In this document: positions 21,188-33,409 of the stretch, piece after piece
Numbering within the stretch: position 1 is the stretch's first letter
Layout: each line of letters begins with the position of its first letter
Assembly: GCA_965217865.1 (NCBI GenBank)
Contig: CBDCJO010000002.1
Coordinates: 3,744,001-3,808,000, forward strand
Origin: Candidatus Latescibacterota bacterium
Lineage (GTDB): Bacteria; Latescibacterota; UBA2968; SICM01
Direction of reading: 5' to 3'
DNA length: 64,000 bases
Notes under the pieces: generated by a model
The model's database searches: none
The model's input: the letters and a program-made list of their open reading frames with translations, nothing else
Told to the model about the DNA's origin: nothing
Made by a program: the position numbers and the translations under genes

Positions 21188-22724
21188 TACCTCCTCGTCA
21201 ATTTCACGCCATACCATACGATGCCGATCACGATGCCGATCACGCTGAAGACCAGTCCCGCGCTCAAAATCAGGTTCGTCCTGGCGCTCACGTGAATGCG
21301 CACCGTCTTGTCCTGGGTCTGAACGGGCCGGTTGTCCGCCAGGGCCTCGGTCTGGATCTGGATCTCATAGTCCCCACGTCCACCCCCGATGGCGGAAGGA
21401 ACTTCAGCTTTACGAGGGTCTCCTTATCCGGAATCAACGAAGATATCACATCCGGGTTGATCCTGGACTGCCAGTTGATCGGCATGTTTGTGCGGATCCG
21501 AATGTTGTCCAGACGCCGCGTGCCCCCATTGAGCACCCTGATGTCCATGTCCACGGTGTCATCCGTCTTGATCTCGTGGTAGAGGTTCACCGCCCGGACC
21601 TCGATGCGTCCCACACCCCGCGGCGTCATCTCCAGCTTGACTTTGCCTGTGTTGAGCTCGGCGATCTGTTCATCTGAAAACATTTTGTCGTCAAGGGGTT
21701 GAAGCTTCCGCCAGATCTCCTGGGGGACCACCAGTACGTAGAACGCCAGCGGCTTATCGATGGTCACGCGGTCGCTGGTACGGTCGGGCAGGAACACGTC
21801 CAGCTCCAGTTGCTTGCTGCTCACCCCTTGAGTGAAATTGACCTGGGAAAGCCTGCGGGATTGCGCGGAAGACGGGTCCATGAAGCTGTAGGAGATCTGC
21901 CGCGGCAGGTTGATCACACTCAGCTGAAATACGTCGTTGTCACTCGAAAATCGCTCCAGGTCCAGGGTGAAAGTGGCGCTTTCGCCCAGGTTGGCCTCCT
22001 GCGAGAAGTTCGGCGAGGTCACGATCACCCGGTCGGCCCCGGCGTCCTTCTGGAGATAGATGTGTCTCTGATCCGTCTTTCCCGCGTAGGTCATGCTGAC
22101 CGTGACGACCTCCACGTCCTTCAGCAGCAGGAAGTCGATCTCTGCCTTCTGGCCGAAGCGAATCGTCGCAATCTTGCCCTCATACGGCTGGCTGATAATC
22201 GGCCCCACCCCACCCGTCTCCGTGGCCTCGTGGAGGGAGATGAAGACATTGTTGATCTTGTCCGGTTGAAGGCTGGGGTCGAAAACGTCCGCGTCCGTCT
22301 CGACCAGCTTCGCATAGTCCGCCACCCCCCCTGTGGTGTTCTTCAAACTCAGACGCACCCGTTTTTTTCCGTCCTGGGCCTGGTACTTGACGGCCTTCTC
22401 GATCAGGATGTGGGGTTGGTCGAAGATGACCCGAAGCATCGCCTGCTGGTAGTTGATCTCATGGTTGATAAAGGACGCTTGTGTCTTTTCGAATTCCTCC
22501 CGGGAGATCAGCTCCCTTTTTACCAACTCGAGGGCAGACTGGTATTCCGACTTTGCCAAGTCATACGCGGCCTTCTGCTTCTTGAGCGCCAGGATCAGGA
22601 AAGTCTCGTCGTTCCGTTCCGAGTTTAAGCTCTGGGAATACCCCGGGATCCGGGAACACGGAATCGAAAACAATACCAAAACCAAAAATGTCGAGACTTT
22701 GATTTTCAACGGTTCGAATGTCAT
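21188..22724 (-). pseudogene. Exported NEW3-like domain protein with C-terminal TM anchor, frameshifted near 21370
   Basis: Signal peptide, coiled region, NGGTRRLDNI...PINWQSRINP; TM tail (IGIVWYGVKLTRR) is in another frame. Confidence 0.7.
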
Positions 22725-22798
22725 GAAAGTATTTGAACTTGGATACCCCTTCCTTTGGAAGGGGAGGAAAAGTTTAGCTTGCTGAGGGTAAGCTAAAA

Positions 22799-22954
22799 GG
22801 CTGTTTTGTCCGTACCGTAGTCGAAAAGGTAACTTCTAAAGTGATCAGAGGATATATTCGGTTTCATCTTCAAGAGCAGAAAGGGCCCCTACAGTTGGAT
22901 CTGTTTGGGGAGGGGAGTGGTTAATGCCCCGCCCTTTGGGCGGGGTGATTTACT
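22799..22954 (+). mobile_element. IS200 (TnpA) 3' remnant with right-end hairpin
   Basis: FVRTVVEKVTSKVIRGYIRFH...QLDLF, then GCCCCGCCC-TTT-GGGCGGGGT hairpin. Confidence 0.7.
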
Positions 22955-23036
22955 TACACGTTGAAATTTACGTACTTAAATTCATTCAACGGATAAGATT
23001 TAATGGTAGTTATATATCTTGATGTAGCAAGGCGTT

Positions 23037-23250
23037 GTGCCGGGCCAATTGACCCTACACGCTGACCGAGGCGCTTCGATGACCAGCAAAACCCGTGGCA
23101 CTCCTGCTGGCCGATCTGGGGCTGACCAAATCGCACTCACGACCGCACGTATCGAACGACAACCCATACTCCGAGGCGCAGTTCAAGACCTTGAAGTATC
23201 GCCCGGCCTTCCTGGAACGCTTTGGTGGGCTCGAACACGCCAGTTCATTC
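23037..23250 (+). pseudogene. IS3-family integrase internal fragment
   Basis: LHADRGASMTSK and SHSRPHVSNDNPYSEAQFKTLKY. Confidence 0.8.
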
Positions 23251-23714
23251 GGGAATTATATACTTGACAAAGACTATCTTGATTTATCCCAAAGTGTTGA
23301 GTTTTTGCGAAAATCTCGCAGAATGCCCCGTCCCTTGGACTTTGATGTCCTGTTTCTATATTTGTCGGCATGAGACTGCCAACAGACTGTTTGAGTAGAC
23401 AGAGCCTTCATCACTACTGTCATGTCCCAGAAGTTCCTTACAAAAGAAGGTAATTAGGAAGATATTGGTACCAGATTCACCAGATATGAAGCAATAATTG
23501 GGAAGAGATCCTCGTCTTCCTGGTTGAATCTGAACTCTGTTTCCTTCAGGTATAAATGGAAATGATGTCGAGGGATCCCTCTGTATTGATATAGCCAATT
23601 TTCAGAAAAACTCCAGAAGCCTTCGATGCCATTGATGTGATGTCGGCCTTTGCCTTTGGGCACCCCTTCTTCTTTTCGAACAACCACGTGGTCACCTTTG
23701 ACTGACACAGCCAA
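23251..23714 (-). mobile_element. IS1595-family transposase 3' remnant with terminal IR
   Basis: HINGIEGFWS...YRGIPRHHFHLYLKETEFRFN; IR GGGAATTATATACTTGACAAA at 23251. Confidence 0.85.
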
Positions 23715-24348
23715 GTATAGGCGTGCCAGTCATCGGTATCTTTTAATTAGGTATCGCATGAATGGGCAACGAGTATTCTCGTTTCCCCCGACTATGCCCG
23801 GGAGATTGCTAGCGTACAACGTGACGCAACCTTTCATTCCTGCCGATACTTGTCGCCCGCATGAGGGTTTCGATGGGTGTGTTGTCGGGGTTCAACATCT
23901 TGGTAGTCTTTGTGAAAGGCGGTGACGTGTCAGGGGATGTCGTATGAGATTGAGACCAGGAACCTAGGGTCACATCCTGAGGGGGGTAAATGGCACTCGG
24001 ATCGCGAGGGGCTTGAGAGGTAATGGACAGTAGGAGCAATGGAAGTACGCACCCCAGCATACCGAAACTGAGGGCGGATGACCGCAAGGGAGCAGGCTGT
24101 AGAAGCCGTCAGGTGGGGGAGGACGACCGGGTCATGAACCGTCGGATACCGCCCGCCATCGCGACGTGGCTGTTTGTTACTGCTTACGATAAATTTGATA
24201 GTTATATACTCGGTAGCATCCGGGCTGGGAAATTGAATCGTTGTGGGGACGGCTACAGCACTGCCAGGTGTAGCGCCAATTGAGGTAATCGCCATCCATT
24301 TTGCAGGACGCTTTTAGGACTTGCCCAGATCCGTGGGTCGGCGGAACA

Positions 24349-24738
24349 TGCCAACAATTTTGAGACACTGAAAGTTGGAATTCAGTGCAGTTTCCGGCCG
24401 TCTCCATAAGAGGTGTCATCGGCACCGTGGATCCCCGTGCAGGTATCGGGACCAAGTTCGATTTGGTATCACCTGGCGTAATAACGATTGGATCGTGCCG
24501 GTACTTATCCGAGATCCGGGGTGGATTGATCCAGACCTCGGAAGGCAGGTCGGTTGGCAGCGGGGGACCCTGCACAAAACGTTCGGGGTGGGCGATATAG
24601 GCACGCCACAGGGTCTGCTCACGGGCGGCAAGGATTTCCTTGGCGTAGCTATAGTGCACAGATTCCGGGGTCAGCAAGCCCAGGCCTGAGTGGCGATGCT
24701 CTGTGTTGTAGTAGGTGAAGAACTCATGGCAGAATTCT
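24349..24738 (-). pseudogene. IS3-family integrase C-terminal fragment with right end
   Basis: FCHEFFTYYNTEHRHSGLGLLTP...AHPERFV...VWINPP; end TGTCTCAAAATTGTTGGCA. Confidence 0.8.
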
Positions 24739-24881
24739 TGATGAACCAGATAACCCCGGAGGAACAGGCCGCAAACCATAAAGATTTTACAAGATCCTCT
24801 TCCTACTTCTTGAAATCCGCTCAATTAAAATTGCCAGGTATCAGAATGCTCACCCGATTGCCGTGTTAAGAATAAGTTCCC

Positions 24882-27800
24882 TTATCGTGGATCATATTTG
24901 AGGAAAGAGACATAAGCACCCACAAAAAAAACAACGGCTAAAACCGCCAACAGCATCAAATCTATGTTTACACGTCCCATTATATCGGAAAGACTCTCTT
25001 TTTGATATTTGAATATCGGCATATCACTGATATCCACTGTTTTCTGTTTTGTGGTTGGTCTGGAACGACCTTCCAAAATGGGGGAAAATACAACTCTTCC
25101 AAGAGTTTCTTCCTTTGATTTTAAATAAGATGTAAAAATATCTTTGTGTGCGCGGGCCAAATTAAGGAAGTGCTCCTGGCTTTCGATACCCGTACCAGCT
25201 ATGTTCATGGAGGCAAGGGTCATAATCGAGGTAGGAGAGATTCGTGATAGACCCAAGGCTAACTTGGCTAAACGCTCTTGTTTATTGTGATAATCCTTCT
25301 CCATTCTTGCACTTTCAACCTTCTTTTCAGCATCCATCCGAACTTTATACTCATCTAGCAAGGCTTGCTGCTTTGCCGTCCACTCGGAAAAGGTCTTTCT
25401 GTATTGGGCTATAATCTTTTCTCGCTTTCCACTTGGAGTACCTGGCTCTATTTTAGGGGATCGGGGTGCAGGGTTTTCCATATCAATTTGTTTTAGATAT
25501 GGAATAAAGTTTAGTTCAATATCTCTCTGAACCTGACTCGACTGCATGCGATACTGGTGAATTGAGGGCACCTGAATGAATTGGCTGGCAAGAATCACAC
25601 TTCCCTTTGGGATCACCAGTGTCCAAACAACCCATATTAACAATAGTACCAAAAATGAAATGTTCGACCGACTTGTGCTGGCGGAGACGAACATTCCGAG
25701 GTTAAAAAAAACCGCAAGGTATAGGACAAAAACACAAAAGATCAACAACAGTTGGATTATGTCTTGGCTGTCCGGTTGGAAATCAGGGGAGATCGTGAGC
25801 AACGCAAAACCTAGACAAACCGGGATACTCAAAGGTATCATCAAGCTAAGGAAACCACCGACCATCTTGCCCAGGATAAGAGTGTCTCGCGGCACTCGGT
25901 GAGACAGTATCAGCCCTATCAGCCTGTTGAAAAAGTGCATTTATGCCAAGATGACTGTTGTCTTTCCTTGTGGTTTGGTCCTATGATATATCAGGTTCAA
26001 ACTGAGAAGGGAGGACGAGCAAATGGCAATGGGAAAACGAGGACGACAGAGACAGGAAAACCTGTTCATCGCATCGAACACTTTGGTGAAATCTCCGGGT
26101 CATCCGTTCTACGAGAAGCTGAATCAGGTATTGGGGGCGAACGGCTTCGACGAGTTCGTCGAGGGGCTTTGCCAGCGGTATTACGCTCCTCATATGGGTC
26201 GCAAGGGCATTCCGCCCGGGGTTTATTTTCGGATGCTTTTGATTGGGTATTTCGAGGGACTTGATTCGGAACGTGGGATCGAATGGCGTGTATCTGACTC
26301 GCTGACGTTGCGCCGGTTTTTGGGGTATGCCCTTGACGAACAGACCCCGGATCATTCCAGCCTGTCTCGCATCCGGCATCGGCTTCCCTTGGAAGTTCAC
26401 GAAGCGGTTTTCAAGTGGATCCTGAGGGTCTTGTGCAAAGCGGGTCTGGTGAAGGGGAAGACGTTGGGCGTGGATGCTACGACACTGGAGGCCAACGCCG
26501 CGATGCGCAGCATTGTACGCCGTGACACGGGTGAAGGCTACCAGGCATTCCTTGAGAATCTGGCCAAGGCCTCGGGCATTGAAACGCCTACCCGCGAGGA
26601 CTTGTCCAAGATCGATAAGAAGCGACCGAAGAAGGGATCGAACCAGGACTGGGAGCACCCGCACGACCCGGATGCCAAGATCGCTAAGATGAAGGACGGT
26701 CGCACGCACATGGCGCACAAGGTGGAGCACGCGGTGGATCTGGACACCAATGCCATTGTGGCAGTGGCGTTGTCGGGAGCAGATGAAGGAGATACCGAGT
26801 CGTTGCCCTGGACGCTGCTCGAGGCGCAGCTCAATCTCAAGCAGGTCGCGAAGGACGAAAAAGCTGCCAAACGTTTGCACAGACAGCGTATACGGGAGGT
26901 GGTTGCGGACAAAGGATATCATAGCAACGATGTATTGACCAGTCTGAAGCAAGGCGGCATCCGGAGTTACATTTCAGAACCGGATCGGGGACGCCGCAAG
27001 TGGAACGGCCGACGAGATGAGCAGGCCGCGGTATATGCGAATCGACGCCGGATCAAGGGAGATCGCGGCAAGGCCTTGCGCCGAAGTCGTGCAGAACGGG
27101 TGGAAAGAACCATCGCTCACACATATGATACCGGTGGCATGCGCAGGTTGCACTTGAGAGACCGCGGCAATATCCTCAAGCGTTTGCTGATCCACATCGG
27201 GGGCTGCAACCTGCAGCTCTGCTCATGCGCAAAGTGATGGGCGTAGGTACTCCGAAGGCCCTCCAGGACCTGGCCAAGGCCTTGCAGCGTCTACTGCTCG
27301 TCCTACAATCACGTTTGCTGCCCTCGGTCACCTTTTTAACCTCTTATCAGCGTCTCCTGCTCAATCTCCTTACCTTGATTTATCTGACCCGCACTCCAGG
27401 CGTCTTTTCCGTTTATGTGCGTTGAAAGGTAGTTCTTCAACGGGCTGCTAGGGTGCCATCTTCCTTCTCACCGGAAATGAAGTTATAGGTAAACAGGATG
27501 GCCATCAGGCTAAAAACGACCTTAACAAGAAAAGCCATATCCAAGTCCCCGAAAATACCAAAGATCGGATTTCCTTCGATTTTTCCTCCTGTGGGCGTAG
27601 GATTTCTATAACTTTTTACCGATATATGACGCCCTAGACTGTTTTCTAAACCCGATACGATGATGCTGGGAACTCCCGGAGGCTTACTTAGTTGCACTCC
27701 TGTGTTTGAAATTGCCAAGTAACTGGTTTGCTCCTTTAAGATCTCTCGACTAAGTTCCTTGGTCGTCCTGTATTCGGCAACTTTATCGTTGTAGTTGCGC

Positions 27801-27913
27801 ATGCCTGTGTACAGGCTCAAGAGAATCAGGAAAAAGCAGAAGATTAAAGTTCCATAGAATTTGGGGCTGGAGAGATTGGCTAAAATCTCTTTGCTGAGAA
27901 TGTGTCCAAACAT
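24882..27913 (-). pseudogene. ABC transporter permease interrupted by IS copy 1
   Basis: ISGEKEDGTL | GLILSHRVPRD rejoin in frame after removing 25920-27447 and one target copy. Confidence 0.88.
25920..27447 (+). mobile_element. IS5/IS1182-like DDE insertion sequence, copy 1 (frameshifted transposase 26023-27425)
   Basis: Ends CAGCCTGTTGAA / TTCAACGGGCTG; flanks CTAT and CTAG; 2-bp insertion near 27214 relative to the other copies. Confidence 0.92.
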
Positions 27914-28101
27914 GCCGTCCTTCAAAACTCCCCTGATTATGTGTTTGCGACTCAAAGACTTCGATAAAAATCTTTCTATTTAGATTTCCAGTGTACGATA
28001 CATTGTGGCGCTACATCCATCTTTCCTCTGTACCAAACGAAAATATAAGCAAGGTTCGTTTGATTTGACAATTTTCAATTATAACCCAGAAAAAGATAAC
28101 A

Positions 28102-28345
28102 CGAGTTCAATAAGGAAGTGCAACACTTGGGATAGTTTTTGTTCTATCCTAAGTGTATGGGAAACAATTATAAACACCTTACGGCTGACGAGAGGGACCA
28201 TATTTGTGCGCTTCGAGCATCAGGTAAGTCTCTAGGCGATATTGCCAAGAGCCTCTGCCGGAACAAGAGCACCATTTCCAGAGAGCTCAAGCGCAACCGG
28301 TCCTCGGTTTACAACTACTACTGTTCAAACCAGGCTCAGCAACGG
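28102..28345 (+). pseudogene. IS30-family transposase 5' remnant
   Basis: YKHLTADERDHI...IAKSLCRNKSTISRELKRN. Confidence 0.85.
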
Positions 28346-28639
28346 GCCGGGCTGCAAGCCATCGTTTGACTTTAGAGTGCTTGTGCGTGCCAAGTTGTCC
28401 AGGATCAGGTGAATTATCGAGTGGAACCATAAGACAAATCCATTACTTTATCATGTTATTTATGGGACAAACACTTGTTGCCAGTTCCATAATTACTCAT
28501 AACGCATCACTGCTGTCCAAGATAAATCAGATTCGCGTAAGCGACGGGTGCGAAATCCTTACTCGCCTCGTACATACGATAACGGATGCCATCGGTAACG
28601 ACCACGTCACACGACACGCCGAGGGCGAACGGTGTACCG

Positions 28640-28887
28640 ATAAATGCCTTCAGCCCAAGCTCTTTGGCGTCCGCCGCGAGTGTTTCCATGCCTTCCTGAA
28701 CTTTAGAATACCAACCCTCTTGTTGGAACAAACCATGTAGGTGGAAATCATACCCGACAACAGCCATCTCTGGGAATACTGCAAGGTCGGCCTGACTCTG
28801 CGCGGCAAGGGACAAGCAGCGCGAGATGGTAGAGACGTTGGATGAAACGTCAGCAGCCATTGGGATTTGGAAGGTGCAGATACGCAC
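28640..28887 (-). pseudogene. Carbon-nitrogen hydrolase N-terminal fragment (start of a cassette)
   Basis: VRICTFQ...ADLAVFPEMAVVGY; GGAG RBS just after a GTTAGGT site. Confidence 0.7.
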
Positions 28888-28917
28888 TCGAGAATCTCCA
28901 GCCTTTTTCAACGTGGC

Positions 28918-28962
28918 ACCTAACGTTCGCCGGCTGCGAACCTGAGCGCCATGTGCCGGGCC
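28918..28962 (-). other. Internally deleted attC-like site
   Basis: Keeps the GTTAGGT R' box and the outer flank GGCCCGGCACATGGCGCT complementary to the cassette start at 29751. Confidence 0.55.
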
Positions 28963-29691
28963 GGACAGAGGTTTACCAAGCTTCATGAGTAGAAGCATCG
29001 GCCACCCCAGATCGAAATCGTCTCGGGACTCATTCCAATACTCCTTCGCTCTCGGAGACTTCTCCAGCAGGCATTCGTCAGCGAGATGCTCCTCGATGAG
29101 GTCTATCTGGAGATTGGCCTTCAGGGCAGCATTGACATAGTCCGCAATCAGGTGGCGATAGCTCTCGACGTTAACCTTCAGACCCGTCTTTGTATCCGTA
29201 AAGCGGGCCTGAACGCGGCGGAGGAACATCGCAGGATGAAGCTCGGAAATGAGCACGAAGCCACCCGGCCGACAGATCCTCGCCATCTCGCGAATCACTG
29301 GGTCGAGATCAGGGATGTGTTCTAAGACAAGACAGCAGAGAACGCGATCGAAGGCATCGCTATCGAAAGGGAAGCGTTCCGTCAGGTCGTGGGTAACGAA
29401 TCGCACTTCCTGGTCTTTCGTCTTCTCGATGGCTTGTGCCATCATCTCTGGTGCGAAGTCGATTGCGGTTACCCGAGCTCCCGCTTCTGACAGTTGGACC
29501 GTATGTCGCCCGGTGCCGCAGCCAATGTCGGCAACCTTGAGTCCCTGGACCTCTCCTTGAAGGGATCGCACGAGGGGCTCTTCTAGGATGATCAGCGGAT
29601 TGTCCTGCACATCGTATGTCTCAGACCAGCGAGCGTAGCCCTGCTGGACGGGTGCAACTTCAAGATTAGCCCTGGATTCGTCTTCGATCAC
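28945..29691 (-). CDS. Class I SAM-dependent methyltransferase (BioC-like), cassette gene with lost stop
   Basis: GYARWSETYD, DIGCGTGRH, LVLEHIPDL, RPGGFVLISELHP. Confidence 0.85.
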
Positions 29692-29744
29692 GTTGTTTGC
29701 TCCCGCGATACAGGTTAATGCCTACCCCCCAGGCCCGGCATGGC

Positions 29745-29907
29745 GCTTAACGAGTTTGGCATTGCCGACTCTTGCCTTCCCGGCGCAGCCGGAGTTGGCG
29801 CGGCAGTTGCCTCCAGTCCCGCCTTCGAGCAACTGCCGTGACAAAGGCAAGTGTGCCGAAGGCCGAGCGACGACTGAAGGGAGGAGCGAAGTGGCAATGC
29901 GTTGATA
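29745..29907 (-). other. attC-like site (degenerate)
   Basis: GCTTAAC...GCATTGCC / GGCAATGC GTTGATA with internal hairpin CGGCAGTTGC/GCAACTGCCG. Confidence 0.55.
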
Positions 29908-30124
29908 TTAATCTATAGGCCCTCGTTGTCGGGAAAAGTTATTATTTGAGGTCCGGACAGAGATATTGTCAAATGTTGTGGATGAGGGCGAGCGTATCCG
30001 AATGGATCAGGCAGCCCTTTTCAGGTCACCATCTTCGAACAGGGCGCCATCAACGACCAGCTGTATCAGGTTTGAGCCTCGTAATCTGAGCCACGATTTC
30101 TCAGCTCCTAAGGAGAAAAACGAA

Positions 30125-30490
30125 ATGAACACCACGCTTTCATTACAGGAGCTTCAAGATGCGGTTGTCGGAAACGTAGCGGCGTTTCGTTGCCGGGGTC
30201 GGCTTGCAGCCGGGAGGTGGCGCTGGTGACAAGGTTTTCCCACCCACGTTTGCCGGGGCCGTATATGCGACCGAACAGCGACGGGTGCCTGGACAGGACG
30301 AAGCCGTCACCTGCGTACTGCTCGACAGCGTGCAGAGTCAAGCCAACCGGATGGAGTTGGCGCTCCAGGAAGCGGTTGATGCCGGTCGCATCAAGCTCCC
30401 GCTTCTGGAAGTCGATTTCACTGAACACGCCCCGACCGACGATGGCGAAGCCGACAAACAAGCCGGGCGACTGATTGACGCCATCGGCAG
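30125..30490 (+). pseudogene. csb1: Type I-G (I-U) Cas7/Csb1 N-terminal fragment, frameshifted
   Basis: LQPGGGAGDKVFPPTF...VLLDSVQSQANRME. Confidence 0.85.
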
Positions 30491-30523
30491 CAGACTGTCA
30501 GATGAAGTCTTGAGCCTTACACC

Positions 30524-31145
30524 CTATTCGACTTCGCCTTCGGGAACTCGCTCGAACTCCCAAACATGGGCTTGGCCATCGGTCTCGGCCTTCATCAACA
30601 CCCAAAGCTGTTTTTCGTCGTCGATCAACTGGATGGTGTGGTGGTTTAGCAAACGTTTGATCTTCTCCATCCATACTGGCACCGAATTCAGAAACGCATT
30701 GGGCTCTTGTTTCGTTGAGAAAGGGTTTGCTGCGTGGAGTATTCCGCTACAGGTGTCGTAAAGAACCTCAAAGTCGTCCTTTGTCAAAAAGCCTGACTTG
30801 ATGTCCTCCAGCAAAACGACCTTGCCGGTCTCGCCATCAACTACTTGTTTATTCGGTTTTGGATAGAACCTTAGATTTGCCTTTTCGAGGGTTTCGAGTA
30901 TGCGCTTCGCGTTCCAGTCTTTTTGAAAGTTCTTTCGGAGTTTCGCATATTCCGATCTGTTCGCCGCCAAGGATGCCAAGGCTATAAGTTCCAGAATCTT
31001 CCTAATCTGAAGGGATACTGATTCGGCTGTTGTTTGGACATACATCGCATGGCGTTTGCCGGTGAAAAAGCCGTTGACCACCTCAGTTCTCTTCTTGATC
31101 TCCTCCATGCAATCAGCGTACTTCGAGTATGGGTTTGCAACCATT
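30524..31145 (-). CDS. Hypothetical protein (possibly HEPN-like)
   Basis: LQIRKILELIALASLAAN...FYPKP...LYDTCSGILHAANPF. Confidence 0.65.
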
Positions 31146-31162
31146 GCGTGGTCGGTGTCGGA

Positions 31163-31590
31163 CTGATATTGCCCAGGTATAGTAGACACAGAGTTAAGTG
31201 AATTTCTGTTCGAAGTCATCTGGGCTCATCTGGTTAATATAGGAGTGCCTGCGTATCTTGTTGTAAAATCCTTCGATGTATTCGAACAACGCCAACGCGG
31301 CTTGCTCTCGATCTGGATAGATCATTCCGTCGACTTCCTCTGTCTTGAGCCTTGCAAAGAAGGATTCAACAACGGCATTGTCATAACAATTTCCCTTTCT
31401 TGCCATGCTGGATCGGAAGCCGTTTTTGTCCAGCTCGGCTCTCAGGGCTTCACTGGTGAACTGGTTTCCCCTATCTGAGTGGAAGATGAGCCCGGTTGCG
31501 GCTTGCGTCGCCGACAGGCCATCCGAAATGCCCGTAAGACCAGATCCGCCGTCATAAGACAGCCTGTGGACCAGCCTACGACTTTGCGAG
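31163..31590 (-). pseudogene. IS3-family integrase 3' remnant with right end
   Basis: RKVVGWS, RKGNCYDNAVVESFF...FEYIEGFYNKIRRHS. Confidence 0.8.
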
Positions 31591-31774
31591 CAAGGTTGCG
31601 CCGGCTACGATTCCGGGCTCCGGGCGCACGGCCGCTTCCGCTGTCCGGTGGGCTACCGTAAGCCGGTGACCGGACCGACCGGGTCCGACTTCCAGTGAAT
31701 ACTTGCCGGAGGACCTTCCGAAACGTTGAAACCGGCCGCCCGGACGCAACCGGGCTGTTAAACAAGGCCGACGG

Positions 31775-32014
31775 GAAAAACAGAGAATCAGAGAATCCGG
31801 AAGAGATATCTCTGCTCAACGGACGCAGTCCCCACGGTTGTGCTCGAACACCAGCGGGAGCGCTTCGAAACAGAGAACCGGCAGAGGGGGAGGGAGGTGG
31901 CACAAGCGTTTGTGAATACGGCAGAAACGGCAAGATCCCGAAGGAGTTGCCCCACGGGGTCTTGCGTTAACGGACGACCGCCGAAGTTGGCGGATTGGAA
32001 TATGGCTCCCCAAC
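31775..32014 (-). repeat. ~240-bp non-coding repeat, copy B
   Basis: Reverse-complement match to 10217-10457. Confidence 0.9.
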
Positions 32015-32239
32015 TGATCCTCTCCTCGGAACCACTCTCTGTTCGTCAGTCGTAACTTGCTGTAATGACCGATAATGCCCGCACCGTCGAGGCGGAAACC
32101 ATGTCAGGACCGAGTTCCCCCTTTGGGCTGATCAGGGGGTATGGGGGGTATGTCACAGTTCAAGGCGGTGGCCAATGCGCAAGCGACAACGGGAGCACGG
32201 GTAGCACGTTATCCTTCACACACCGGGGATGAGATTATT

Positions 32240-32751
32240 ATTGCAACAACCATTACCCACCACTCAAGCAGTTCCCAGAATGCCGCGATGGCCATGACGA
32301 TGCTAATGATGATGAAGTATAACCAACCGCCCCGCTGCAATGGCGTCTGGCGCAAGAGCACCTCGCGAATGATAAATGCCGGAAATATGCCCAGGGCGAC
32401 ATGTCCAACGCGATCGTAGTGGTTTCGACTGAGATCGAAGGCATCTCTTACCCAATTGCCCAGGGGCGTTTCAGCATACGTGTAGTACCCGCCGTAGATC
32501 AGAATGAGCATATGAAGGAATGCACACCAGTAGGCCATGTGAGACATGGGGAATTGGCGGTAAAGCGCGACCAGTGCGGCGATACCAGCAAGTCCCGGTC
32601 CAACCTCCAAAAGCCAGTTGAGCCGCCCTGCCGGTGGGTCATATGCAGTACCCAGGCAGGCCAGGAACACTATGCCGAGAAGCACCATAGGTATCCGAAA
32701 ATATCCTGCGGTTCCACATGTCGCCTTGTGAATCTCACTATTTTCACTCAT
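32240..32751 (-). pseudogene. DUF2238 (YjdF-like) membrane protein, truncated
   Basis: WLLE, GGYYTYAETPLG, SRNHYDRVGH, WELLEWW; C-terminus lost. Confidence 0.8.
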
Positions 32752-33409
32752 ATCTCCATCCTGAGAGGACGATTTAGATGCCCATCGCGACTCTTCTGAA
32801 GATTCAAGATCATGGTAGGGTAGCCTCTTCCAGGGTACTACGGTCCCAAGGTTCTGGCCAAGTAATCCTGGATAAAAATCCTGATTATGTGCTGGCTATG
32901 CTAATGCCTGGATAGACAGGAAGGATTCTACTCGGCTTGAAGAAATTGCTGAAAGTTTAAAGCCTCGAGAAGGCTTGGAATCATAATGATATATAATTAG
33001 CGCGGAAGCCCTATTTGTGTCGGAGGTCTGCGATGGAAGATATACTCCGAACCTGAGTTTCGACCCTTATCGTCGTCTCCGAAAGCCCCTCCGATGGCCA
33101 CATCCCCGCTGACCGACACGGCCTTCCGGAATTCCCTTCGCGTGGGTTTGCTCATCTGGTTTTCCTCCACTGGAAACGATAAGATCCGGAACCCGTCTCA
33201 AAAGTTACGTAATCATCGGTTTCAGCCGCCGCAAAAATCCCTTCGACTCCCTCGAGTAGTTTACCCTTTTCCCATATCAGAATATTGTTCTCGGTAATCG
33301 TAACATGTTTGAATCCTATTTTGGGCAATAATATACTTGACAAATCACCATGATACAGAGATCGTGGCTGGTCTAGAATTGCAAGAATTGGCTCAGTCCA
33401 TGTTAAAGG

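Noticed and set aside
25981-26952. 323-aa minus-strand ORF repeated in each IS copy
   Set aside because: Antisense shadow of the transposase; it recurs only because the IS is duplicated.
28507-29691. Novel 394-aa multidomain enzyme
   Set aside because: It is a chimera of a methyltransferase, an attC remnant, a nitrilase fragment and an unrelated fragment.
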